Origin: an uncultured Clostridia bacterium
GTDB lineage: Bacteria > Bacillota > Clostridia > Christensenellales > UBA1242
NCBI GenBank assembly: GCA_944377145.1
Contig: CALWEH010000013.1
Coordinates: forward strand, 26,970 to 90,969
Direction of reading: 5' to 3'
DNA length: 64,000 nucleotides
In this document: positions 7,768 to 17,120 of the stretch, in pieces
How positions within the stretch are numbered: the stretch's first letter is position 1
How the letters are laid out: every line of letters starts with the position of its first letter
Made by a program: the position numbers and the translations under genes
Notes under the pieces: generated by a model
What the model was told of the DNA's origin: nothing
The model's input: the letters and a program-made list of their open reading frames with translations, nothing else
Databases searched by the model: none

Positions 7768-9513
7768 TTAAAAATTATAAAAAACTCTTAATATAGGTAA
7801 AGAATTCAAGCCTGTATAAATATCTGACCCCCAAACATTAGTATCCCAGCCAAAACATCTATTTATATTTCCTATTGAATGGAAAGTATTTTCTGTAATA
7901 TTTTTATCTGTTTGATTTTGTCCAACTTTTATCACGCTATTATATTCTGCACTTATATCTGTTAAACCTGTATTATTAATATATGCCAAATTGTTATTTG
8001 CAGAGCCATTAGCAACATTTCCTAACATTATTTCTAAATTAGAATTATGGCTCACCCCTTCAAAGTTATTTGTAATAGCAAAACAATTATCTATTGATGA
8101 ACTAGAAAGCGTATTCCCAGAAATTAATCCTGCGAAAACATTTGAAGTTGAATTTTTTGCAATATTAATATCTCCATTAAAATAACAATTTTGTATTGTA
8201 TTTGAACTATTGTAAATAGCTCCGTCAATTCCTCCAACAAAAACTTCTCCAGAAGTTGAATTTACATTAACTTGCATGTCTAATACTGTATAACAGTTAT
8301 TAATTGATGTACTTGAACTATTTTCTATTTTACCTATCAAGCCTCCAATTCTAGCTTCTAACACATTTTCGCCTAAAGTTAGTTCTATATCCTGTTGAAC
8401 ACTATTATCATACTTACTTGCACCCACTACAAAACAATTATTTACATTTGAATTATTGCTATATGAAATTAATACTCCTAAAGCATACTCTCCACTTTCA
8501 TTATAATTATCTTGAATTTTTGCTCCATCTATTCCAAAATTTGAAAATATAATTGAATGTAGTTGAGAAAATAAAGCTGTTGAACCATTATAATTAGTTA
8601 TTGTATATCCTTGTCCATCAAAATTATTGTATAAATTAGATATGTTTATTGGTGTAGTGGTATTATTAAAATCTAGATAGCAATTTAATTTAAAACTCAC
8701 ACCTATATTGCTAATTGGATTATATTCACGGAAAATCATCCAATCCTTACAACTATTAATTAAATAATTGCCTCCACTATCTTTTTCTAAATCATCTAAA
8801 GTTAAATCTTGAACTAATACATCTTCTGCTGTAAACACATCACGTTTGCGTCCTGTTATATAATGAGTTGCATATATGCTATCCTTACTATATCCATTGA
8901 CAGCTGTATAATTATTATAATCTTTAGCTAAATCCAAATAATCTTTTTGATGTGCACAAAGAGTTAGCTCTATATTTTGAATACTATATTCATTTGTATA
9001 ACGCTCTCCTTCAAAAGTATATGTAAAAGACAACTCTTTACTACTACCTACACTCAATACGCTTGCACCAACTTGGAACAAACCTTTTTCAACATATAAA
9101 ACATCATTATTTTCTATATTAAACCACACTACTTCTGTATCTTTATTTGTAACTATTTCTAATCTAGCTAATACATATACATCTACATTACTTGTATTTA
9201 CAGCATAACCTTTAATAGTTATATTATCTCCAGGAGAAATTAAATTTGAACTAGAAATTATTGTTGTAGAACCATCATTTAACTGTGCATATATTTGTGA
9301 TGTAGAACTATTTTCATCTGTAGGATTAGTACGATAATCTACAGATACTACTGCTGTACTGGTAGTCCCAGAAACTTCTTTTTTATCACTAAAATATGAA
9401 TAACATACGCCAACAGACAGTATTGCAACAAGCAAAAAACATATAACATCAGCAAAAAATATTTTTTGCCATATATTGCTATTATATTTTTTTTGCAATA
9501 AATGTTTATTCAT
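7768..9513 (-). CDS. Secreted or surface protein with a TasA/camelysin-type (SipW-class) signal region and C-terminal GLUG-type repeats
   Basis: An N-terminal TM segment is followed by YSYFSDKKEVSG (compare the camelysin motif AFFSDKE). There are four or more repeats ending in N-[NQD]-C-[YF], such as IGGLIGKIENSSSTSINNCY and VGGIDGAIYNSSNTIQNCY. Confidence 0.6.
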   Translation of the reverse strand: MNKHLLQKKYNSNIWQKIFFADVICFLLVAILSVGVCYSYFSDKKEVSGTTSTAVVSVDYRTNPTDENSSTSQIYAQLNDGSTTIISSSNLISPGDNITIKGYAVNTSNVDVYVLARLEIVTNKDTEVVWFNIENNDVLYVEKGLFQVGASVLSVGSSKELSFTYTFEGERYTNEYSIQNIELTLCAHQKDYLDLAKDYNNYTAVNGYSKDSIYATHYITGRKRDVFTAEDVLVQDLTLDDLEKDSGGNYLINSCKDWMIFREYNPISNIGVSFKLNCYLDFNNTTTPINISNLYNNFDGQGYTITNYNGSTALFSQLHSIIFSNFGIDGAKIQDNYNESGEYALGVLISYSNNSNVNNCFVVGASKYDNSVQQDIELTLGENVLEARIGGLIGKIENSSSTSINNCYTVLDMQVNVNSTSGEVFVGGIDGAIYNSSNTIQNCYFNGDINIAKNSTSNVFAGLISGNTLSSSSIDNCFAITNNFEGVSHNSNLEIMLGNVANGSANNNLAYINNTGLTDISAEYNSVIKVGQNQTDKNITENTFHSIGNINRCFGWDTNVWGSDIYTGLNSLPILRVFYNF

Positions 9514-9634
9514 CTTACCCCTTATACTTTTTTAAATATGCCATATAAATTTAAGCATAAAATCTTTATATTATATTCTAATATATTAGTTTAACCATAG
9601 TCAAGTAAAATAATTAATTTTTAACAAACTAATA

Positions 9635-10372
9635 TTAAAATCCCATATTTAAATTATCTATATCTTCATTATTTTTCTTATTTTTTGCAATCTGTTTTAG
9701 AGTTTTGTTTAAATCTTGAACTAAATTCACTAAGTCTTGATTTATATATGTGCCTAAACACAAATCTTCAAAACTAAATCCCACTTTTTCAAATTCTACC
9801 ATTTCTCTTTCTGCAAGTAACCCACTAATATGTTGCCCACTCTTTTGGCAATCACTAATTAGTTGATTTAAAATATCCACTTTTCCCCATAAAGGATTTA
9901 TTTTAATTAAATCGTTTATGGATTTTCTCTTTATGGCTTTTTTACTATCCTCTTTTTTCAAATTAAATCTATCATCTGGGAATTTATCTAATAGTTTTTT
10001 CACTGTATCTATATTATTATTGTGATATTCTCTCACTAATTTATCTGCTGTAAATTTCTCAACTCCATACACATCTAATAATATATCTCTAGCTGAAAAA
10101 TCATAAATATCTATGTCTTTATTATTCGTATCCCATCTAGATAAAGCATACCAACTCCATTCCTCCACTTCTTTTACATCTTTCAATAGTTTCATCATAT
10201 ATGGGTAAGCCATAAAAAACAAGGTAGCTAATCTCTTGCTAGCGTATTTCATAATTTTAATCATAGAAATATTATATTTACTATAAATATGTTCTAATAT
10301 CTTAATATCATTCCTTTGAGTGTCAGTTAAAGTTTTTAAAATCTTTGTTACACTATCTTTATAATTATTCAT
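9635..10372 (-). CDS. Hypothetical protein (245 aa from the ATG at 10372)
   Basis: The track start at 10393 is a TTG. The ATG at 10372 is preceded by AAAGGGGG with 5-nt spacing and is preferred. Confidence 0.5.
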   Translation of the reverse strand: MNNYKDSVTKILKTLTDTQRNDIKILEHIYSKYNISMIKIMKYASKRLATLFFMAYPYMMKLLKDVKEVEEWSWYALSRWDTNNKDIDIYDFSARDILLDVYGVEKFTADKLVREYHNNNIDTVKKLLDKFPDDRFNLKKEDSKKAIKRKSINDLIKINPLWGKVDILNQLISDCQKSGQHISGLLAEREMVEFEKVGFSFEDLCLGTYINQDLVNLVQDLNKTLKQIAKNKKNNEDIDNLNMGF

Positions 10373-10465
10373 ACCAACCCCCTTTAATACCAACTGAATT
10401 ATATCATATTTAAAATTAAAATAGCAATTTTTTTATATAAATAATTTCCAAATTTTTGGCAAAAT

Positions 10466-10492
10466 AAAAAACACTTATACCAAGTGTTTTTT
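10466..10492 (-). terminator. Rho-independent terminator hairpin just after the GT2 gene
   Basis: AAAAAACACTT / ATACC loop / AAGTGTTTTTT. This is an 11-bp perfect stem flanked by A/T runs, so it could act in both directions. Confidence 0.65.
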
Positions 10493-10495
10493 ATT

Positions 10496-11548
10496 TTAAT
10501 CTTTAAAAAATTGCATATTATATTGAACTTTTTCATTATTTTTATATAACTCACAAGCTTTTAAATGATATTTTTTAGCTTTTTCATAATTTCCTAAATT
10601 ATAATAAAGTTTTGTTAACTGAAGCAATGGAATTAAATAATAATATTCTTCTCTAATAAAAATCCCTTGCAAATTAGGTTTTTCAACATTTAAAGCACTT
10701 TCATAAAAATAAATTGCATTAAGATAATTTTTATTTCTTTCATAAATATTTGCAAGTTCACATATAATCTCAGCATTAGGCATAAAATCCAAGCCTTGAA
10801 TAAGCCATTTTTTAGCATCTTCAAATCTATTTAGATTTTCATAACATTTTGAAATTATTAAAAATGCATCAATTTTATTTGGAAGAAAAATATTTGGTTT
10901 AGTAAAAAATTTTTTAAATTCTTTAATACTTCTCTTATAATACCCCCAATAAAATAACTCTCTTGCATAATAATACTGATCTCTTGCATTAAATGTTACA
11001 TTTCTTTTTAAAGCTTTACGGTATAAGTTTAAATTTCGTTTTGTATAATCCGCTTTAATTTTTCTATGCTGAATACAAATATCTAGATGCTCAATTTTAC
11101 CACGAGGTGGAATTGCCTCATGAACAAACCCTTCCCACTGAAAACCGCAACCTCTTTTTAAAATTCTTTCACGTTCAAATACAAATGTAGGGTTGCCAAT
11201 ATTGTCAAAATTAGTAGCATATTTCAACATGTATACATCAGCATTCATATTAAGCTTTAATTGATTAAGCTTCTCAATTTCGCTATACTCTATAATATCA
11301 TCTGCATCAAGCCACATAATATAATCGCTTGTTGCAAATTTAAATGAATAATTTCTCGCCACTGAAAAATCATCACACCATTTAAAATCATATACTTTAT
11401 CTGTATATAATTTTGCAATATCTTTAGTATTATCTTTACTGCCTGTGTCTACAATAATAATTTCATCTGCAAATTGTTTTACACAATCTAAACATCTAGC
11501 TAACACAGGGCTTTCATTTTTTACAATCATACATACACTTATTTTCAT
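10496..11548 (-). CDS. Family 2 glycosyltransferase fused to C-terminal TPR repeats
   Basis: N-terminal ISVCMIVKNESPVLARCLDCV...IIIVDTGSKDNT...WLDADD (GT2 DxD). The C-terminal half carries TPR-like repeats (YENLNRFEDAKKW, YERNKNYLNAIYFYESAL, YYNLGNYEKAKKYH). Confidence 0.7.
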   Translation of the reverse strand: MKISVCMIVKNESPVLARCLDCVKQFADEIIIVDTGSKDNTKDIAKLYTDKVYDFKWCDDFSVARNYSFKFATSDYIMWLDADDIIEYSEIEKLNQLKLNMNADVYMLKYATNFDNIGNPTFVFERERILKRGCGFQWEGFVHEAIPPRGKIEHLDICIQHRKIKADYTKRNLNLYRKALKRNVTFNARDQYYYARELFYWGYYKRSIKEFKKFFTKPNIFLPNKIDAFLIISKCYENLNRFEDAKKWLIQGLDFMPNAEIICELANIYERNKNYLNAIYFYESALNVEKPNLQGIFIREEYYYLIPLLQLTKLYYNLGNYEKAKKYHLKACELYKNNEKVQYNMQFFKD

Positions 11549-11589
11549 AATTTATGATATGAAAATAAATAATTTTTGTTACAAACACA

Positions 11590-12585
11590 TTATTTTGTAG
11601 CTTCAGCAATAGCTACTGAAACCGCTACTGTTGCTCCAACCATTGGATTATTTCCCATTCCAACAAGCCCCATCATCTCAACATGGGCAGGTACTGATGA
11701 AGAGCCGGCAAATTGAGCATCGCTATGCATTCTTCCCATTGTATCTGTCATTCCATAAGATGCAGGCCCTGCACCCATATTATCAGGATGCAAAGTTCTT
11801 CCTGTTCCGCCACCTGATGCTACTGAAAAATACTTTTTACCTTGTTCTAATCTTTCTTTTTTATATGTTCCTGCAACAGGATGTTGAAACCGTGTTGGAT
11901 TTGTTGAATTACCTGTTATGGAAATATCTACATTTTCATAATGCATAATTGCAACACCTTCTCTTACATCATCAGCTCCATAACAACGCACTTTAGCTCT
12001 GTCTAAATTTGAATACTTAATTTCTTTTACAATATTTAATTCTCCTGTATAATAATCAAATTTTGTTTGCACATATGTAAAACCATTTATTCTTGATATA
12101 ATTTGTGCAGCATCTTTCCCAAGTCCATTTAAAATAACTTTCAATGGAGTTTTTCTTACTTTATTTGCTGAATTTACAATTCCTATAGCTCCTTCTGCAG
12201 CTGCAAAGGATTCATGCCCTGCTACAAAAGCGAAACACTTAGTTTGATCATCTAATAACATGCTTGCTAAATTACCATGCCCTATTCCTACCTTTCTCTC
12301 ATCTGCAACAGAGCCTGGAATACAAAAAGCTTGTAATCCTTCTCCCAAACACTTTGCTATATCGCAAGCTGTATTTACCCCTCGTTTAATAGCTAAACTT
12401 GCCCCAACAATATATGCCCAACAAGCATCTTCAAAACAAATTGGTTGAATTCCTTTAACAATATTATATACATCTACATTTACACTATCACAAATATCTT
12501 TTGCTTCTTGAATATTTTTAATCCCTTCACTATTAAGCAATTTATTAATTTGTGAAATACGTCTATCATAATTTTCAAATAACAT
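11590..12585 (-). CDS. GGGtGRT-family protein, conserved and of unknown function
   Basis: Contains the family's namesake motif SGGGTGRTLHPDNMGAGPASYGMTD. Confidence 0.65.
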   Translation of the reverse strand: MLFENYDRRISQINKLLNSEGIKNIQEAKDICDSVNVDVYNIVKGIQPICFEDACWAYIVGASLAIKRGVNTACDIAKCLGEGLQAFCIPGSVADERKVGIGHGNLASMLLDDQTKCFAFVAGHESFAAAEGAIGIVNSANKVRKTPLKVILNGLGKDAAQIISRINGFTYVQTKFDYYTGELNIVKEIKYSNLDRAKVRCYGADDVREGVAIMHYENVDISITGNSTNPTRFQHPVAGTYKKERLEQGKKYFSVASGGGTGRTLHPDNMGAGPASYGMTDTMGRMHSDAQFAGSSSVPAHVEMMGLVGMGNNPMVGATVAVSVAIAEATK

Positions 12586-12594
12586 AATTTTCTC

Positions 12595-13287
12595 CTATTC
12601 TACTCTAGGATCAATAGTTTTGACCGCTTCATCAAATCTTCCATATTTTCCACTAGCTTTCTCAATCGCCTCCATTGGATCCATTCCTTTTTTTATATTT
12701 TCTATCATCTTACCAAAATTTATAAATTCATAACCTATAATCTCATCGTTATTATCTAACCCAATTCTTGTTATATAACCTTCAGCCAATTCTAAATATC
12801 TTGCTCCTTTAACTTTGGTGCTATAACATGTACCTACTTGACTTCGCTTTCCTTTTCCTAAATCTTCCAATCCCGCTCCAATAGGCAAACCATTCTCTGA
12901 AAATGCAGATTGACTTCTACCATACACAATTTGTAAAAACAATTCTCGCATAGCTGTATTAATAGCATCACATACTAAATCAGTATTTAAAGCTTCTAAA
13001 ATAGTTTTCCCTACTAAAATTTCACTTGCCATAGCCGCTGAATGAGTCATTCCAGAACAACCTATAGTTTCTACTAAAGCCTCTTCTATAATTCCTTCTT
13101 TTATATTTAATGTTAACTTACATGCACCTTGTTGAGGAGCACACCAACCTATTCCATGCGTTAATCCAGAAATATCTTTAATTTCTTTTGCTTTTATCCA
13201 TTTAGCTTCTTCTGGTATAGGTGCAGGACCATGATTTGCACCCTTATTTACTTTACACATCTCTTTGATTTCACTAGTATATTCCAT
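12595..13287 (-). CDS. NifU/IscU N-terminal-domain-like Fe-S scaffold-type protein
   Basis: ACKLTLNIKEGIIEEALVETIGCSGMTHSAAMASEILVGKTILEAL parallels the IscU core. It lies 9 nt upstream of the GGGtGRT gene. Confidence 0.55.
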   Translation of the reverse strand: MEYTSEIKEMCKVNKGANHGPAPIPEEAKWIKAKEIKDISGLTHGIGWCAPQQGACKLTLNIKEGIIEEALVETIGCSGMTHSAAMASEILVGKTILEALNTDLVCDAINTAMRELFLQIVYGRSQSAFSENGLPIGAGLEDLGKGKRSQVGTCYSTKVKGARYLELAEGYITRIGLDNNDEIIGYEFINFGKMIENIKKGMDPMEAIEKASGKYGRFDEAVKTIDPRVE

Positions 13288-13504
13288 AAACCCTCCTTAA
13301 TTATTATACCCTTTTATAAGTTTAAGGTCAAATCATTCATAATACTCAAATCAAATATTAACCATATATTATAGATGATAATATTGATGAGTTCCAAAAT
13401 GTAAAATTTGATTAATATATTTAAAATTAAATAAAATATTGGACTTATATTATGAAATATTGTATAATTGAATATATTATATATATCTTTAAATGAGGTA
13501 AATT

Positions 13505-16177
13505 ATGTTAGAACTTAAACAGATTACAAAAGAATATGAAATTGGTAAAAAAGGGTCCAAAAATTATCAAACAGTTCAAGCTTTAAAAGGTATAGATTTA
13601 TCATTTAGAAAAAGCGAATTTGTGTCTATATTAGGTCCTAGCGGTTGCGGAAAAACTACTTTATTAAATATTATTGGTGGATTAGATAAATATACAAGTG
13701 GTGACCTTATTATAAATGGCAAAAGCACTAAAGAATTTAAAGATAAAGACTGGGATAACTATAGAAACCATTCTATAGGATTTGTTTTCCAAAGCTATAA
13801 TTTAATTCCTCATCAAACAATTTTACAAAATGTAGAATTAGCCCTAACTCTTTCAGGAGTAAATAGAGTTGAGAGAAAAGCTCGTGCTTTAGAAGCTTTA
13901 GATAAAGTAGGTTTAAAAGATAGAGCTCATAACAAACCAAATCAACTATCTGGTGGTCAAATGCAAAGAGTAGCTATTGCTAGAGCTATTGTAAATGATC
14001 CAGATATAATTTTAGCAGACGAACCTACAGGAGCTTTAGATAGTAAAACTAGTTTGCAAATAATGGAAATTTTACATAAACTTTCTCTTAGCAAGCTTGT
14101 AATAATGGTAACACATAATCCTGATTTAGCAGAAGATTATAGTAGCCGTATTGTAAGGTTAAAAGATGGATTATTAGTAAGTGATAGCAATCCATATATA
14201 ATTGAAAAAGACAAGACTAATGATACTAATATAAATTCTGCTAAACAAGAACCACAACAAACTAAAGAAGAGCAAAAAACTGAAATTGTAAAAAAACCAA
14301 AAAAGAGAATGTCTTTCTTTACTGCCTTAAGTTTGAGTTTTAAAAATTTATTAACAAAAAAAGCCAGAACTATATTAGTATCTTTTGCTGGTAGTATTGG
14401 TATTATAGGAATAGCTTTAATATTAGCAGTTTCTAGTGGATTTTCTGGTTATATAAACAAAATTCAAGAGGACACTCTTTCAAGTTACCCTATTGTAATT
14501 GAAGAGCAGTCTATAAATTATATAAATATAATTACTTCAATGTTTGATAGCAATGATAAACCAAATCATGATAATGATGCTGTATATTCAAACGAAACTT
14601 TATCATCTATTCTCGATTCTTTTACTCAAGGAATGGAAAGTAATGATATGAAAAGTTTTAATACATATTTACAAGAAAATTACAGTCAACTTGAACCTTA
14701 TATAAGTGCAATAAAATATACTTACGATTTAGATTTGCTTATTTATAACACAAATGACACTACATTCTCTCAATCGATATCCCCTGGAAGTGATGCTTTA
14801 TATAATTTAATTATAAATTATTCACTTGTATATTTAGCTCAACAAACCAAATTAAATGTTGAACTTGTTGATGAAGGAATTAAATTAACTGTTGTTGAAA
14901 ATGTTTCAGATTTAACCTTTTTTGAAATATATAAAAATTATTCAGCAGACATTGAAAGAATTTATAATTCCCTTATTAGCACAAATACATATATATTAAA
15001 TGAACAAGAGATTGTAGGAATTATTACTATTTTATTCAAACTTGATATAAATGCATATAAAAATATGGATTTAGGATTATTTAGCGAAATGATAAACAAT
15101 AAACAATTAATCCAATCTCAATACGATTTGTTATATGGCGAATGGAATGAAGAAAAAGTGTATATTGAAAATGGTAAACCATACGCTGACACATTGCTTG
15201 TATTAAATAACAATAACGAATTAGATGATTATCTTTTATACGCTCTTGGATTTATCAAAGATAATGAGATGGATAATTTATTTGATGCGATGTTAAAAAA
15301 TGAAGATTATACTATTAAAATTAACTATGATAAAATTGTAGGCAAAGAATTTAAATTATATTTAAAAACAGATACATACTATTTAGATGGAGATAATTAT
15401 ATTCAAACTGATCCAATCTCTCCTAGCGATGAAAATAAAGAAAACTATATTACTTTAAGAATCAGTGGTATAGTAAAATTAAATAAAGAAACTCAAGGAG
15501 GCTCTTTGAGTGAAGGGTTGGTATATCCACAGTCATTAACAGACTACTGCATTGATAAATACAATAATTCCCCTGTGGTTACAAATAAAATAATAACTCC
15601 TATTGACAAATCTTCTCCTAAATCTATAGCTATATATGCAAATAGCTTTGAAATGAAAGAAGTTGTAGAAAAATTTATAAGCGATTACAATGCTAATGTA
15701 GAAGACAATCAAAAAATCACTTATACAGATTATATGTCTCTTATGATGTCTACTATAAATACAATTGTTGACACTGTTTCGTATGTATTAATAGCTTTTG
15801 TATCAGTATCATTAATTGTTTCTAGCATTATGATAGGAATTATTACTTATATTTCTGTATTAGAACGTACAAAAGAAATTGGAATATTGCGCAGTGTGGG
15901 TGCATCTAAAAAAGATATTAAAAGAGTGTTCACTGCTGAAAGCTTAATAATTGGTTTTGCTGCTGGCACACTTGGAATTATAGTTACTTTGCTATTATGT
16001 ATTCCAATAAACATTATATTCAAATCTTTCACAGGAATTAGCACAATCGCTTCATTGCCATGGGCTGGCGGAATTATATTAATATTAATTAGTATGATAT
16101 TAACATTCATTGCTGGATTAATTCCTGCTCAAATTGCTTCTAAAAAAGATCCTGTTGTAGCATTACGCACTGAATAA
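13505..16177 (+). CDS. Fused ABC transporter: ATP-binding domain plus MacB/FtsX-type permease
   Basis: Walker A GPSGCGKTT, signature LSGGQMQRV and Walker B ILADEPT. These are followed by a TM segment, a roughly 450-aa extracytoplasmic region and a C-terminal FtsX-like 3-TM bundle (ERTKEIGILRSVGASKKDI). Confidence 0.8.
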   Translation: MLELKQITKEYEIGKKGSKNYQTVQALKGIDLSFRKSEFVSILGPSGCGKTTLLNIIGGLDKYTSGDLIINGKSTKEFKDKDWDNYRNHSIGFVFQSYNLIPHQTILQNVELALTLSGVNRVERKARALEALDKVGLKDRAHNKPNQLSGGQMQRVAIARAIVNDPDIILADEPTGALDSKTSLQIMEILHKLSLSKLVIMVTHNPDLAEDYSSRIVRLKDGLLVSDSNPYIIEKDKTNDTNINSAKQEPQQTKEEQKTEIVKKPKKRMSFFTALSLSFKNLLTKKARTILVSFAGSIGIIGIALILAVSSGFSGYINKIQEDTLSSYPIVIEEQSINYINIITSMFDSNDKPNHDNDAVYSNETLSSILDSFTQGMESNDMKSFNTYLQENYSQLEPYISAIKYTYDLDLLIYNTNDTTFSQSISPGSDALYNLIINYSLVYLAQQTKLNVELVDEGIKLTVVENVSDLTFFEIYKNYSADIERIYNSLISTNTYILNEQEIVGIITILFKLDINAYKNMDLGLFSEMINNKQLIQSQYDLLYGEWNEEKVYIENGKPYADTLLVLNNNNELDDYLLYALGFIKDNEMDNLFDAMLKNEDYTIKINYDKIVGKEFKLYLKTDTYYLDGDNYIQTDPISPSDENKENYITLRISGIVKLNKETQGGSLSEGLVYPQSLTDYCIDKYNNSPVVTNKIITPIDKSSPKSIAIYANSFEMKEVVEKFISDYNANVEDNQKITYTDYMSLMMSTINTIVDTVSYVLIAFVSVSLIVSSIMIGIITYISVLERTKEIGILRSVGASKKDIKRVFTAESLIIGFAAGTLGIIVTLLLCIPINIIFKSFTGISTIASLPWAGGIILILISMILTFIAGLIPAQIASKKDPVVALRTE

Positions 16178-16190
16178 AAAGGAGAATTCA

Positions 16191-17120
16191 ATGCATAAGA
16201 AAAAAGATTATAATTACATATATTATTTTATCCAACTAGTTTTAGTTGGCTTGTTGATAATGTTTATTTGTACTTATTTTGCAGATGTTCAATCTACTGA
16301 AGTTTTTAGAGAAAGTAAAGAAAATATATTAAATTGCATTTATTGCCTATTATTTTCTTTACTTCCATTTGTATTAAAAAGATGGAATATTCATTCTACT
16401 AAAACTTTACAAGTATACTTTTTATTAGCCATAATAGTACATTTCATTTTAGGTGGCACACTACATTTTTATCGTGATGTTTGGATTTTTAGTTGGATTG
16501 TTCATTTAACAAACAGTTTCCTTATTGCAACTATAATATACGGAATTCTTCTTAGGCACTGCAAAAATCAAAGCAAATTATTTATGTTTTTACTAAGCGT
16601 CGCATTTACAGCTCTTGTTGGAGTATTGTGGGAAATATGCGAATATGCTATTGATGGCTTATCTGGTGGCAATATGCAACGTTTCAATAATTCTATTACA
16701 GGTGAACCATTTATTGGAAGACGGGCTTTACAAGATACAATGGTAGATTTAATGATGGATGTATTGGGAGGAGTATTAGCAGGATTTTACTTTGCATTTA
16801 CTAATATCAAAGGAGTTCCTTTATACAAATTCTTAGAATTAAAATATGTAAAAGCTGATACAAACATCTCTTATCAAGAAGATAGTGTTCCTAATTCAGC
16901 ATTACAAAAAGCTATTGAAGAAGAAAAAGCTAGAAAATTAGAAGAAAAAGCTAGAAAACAAAAAAATAAAATAGATAGAAAACAACATAAAAAATTATAT
17001 AGGCAAGAAAAATTAAAAACAAAAAAAGAACAAAACCTTGTAAAAAAACAAATTAAGATTAACAATAAAAAACAAAAAGCTGTTAATAAAAATAATGAGA
17101 GGGGTATAAATGAAAAATAA
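16191..17120 (+). CDS. Integral membrane protein with a lysine-rich C-terminal tail
   Basis: About six predicted TM helices. The tail reads EEEKARKLEEKARKQKNKIDRKQHKK.... Confidence 0.5.
   Translation: MHKKKDYNYIYYFIQLVLVGLLIMFICTYFADVQSTEVFRESKENILNCIYCLLFSLLPFVLKRWNIHSTKTLQVYFLLAIIVHFILGGTLHFYRDVWIFSWIVHLTNSFLIATIIYGILLRHCKNQSKLFMFLLSVAFTALVGVLWEICEYAIDGLSGGNMQRFNNSITGEPFIGRRALQDTMVDLMMDVLGGVLAGFYFAFTNIKGVPLYKFLELKYVKADTNISYQEDSVPNSALQKAIEEEKARKLEEKARKQKNKIDRKQHKKLYRQEKLKTKKEQNLVKKQIKINNKKQKAVNKNNERGINEK

Noticed and set aside
7991-8185. 64-aa plus-strand ORF
   Set aside because: It is antisense to the GLUG-repeat surface-protein gene.
11631-12448. Plus-strand ORFs 11631..11948 and 12260..12448
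   Set aside because: They are antisense shadows inside the GGGtGRT-family gene, whose own frame carries strong conserved motifs.
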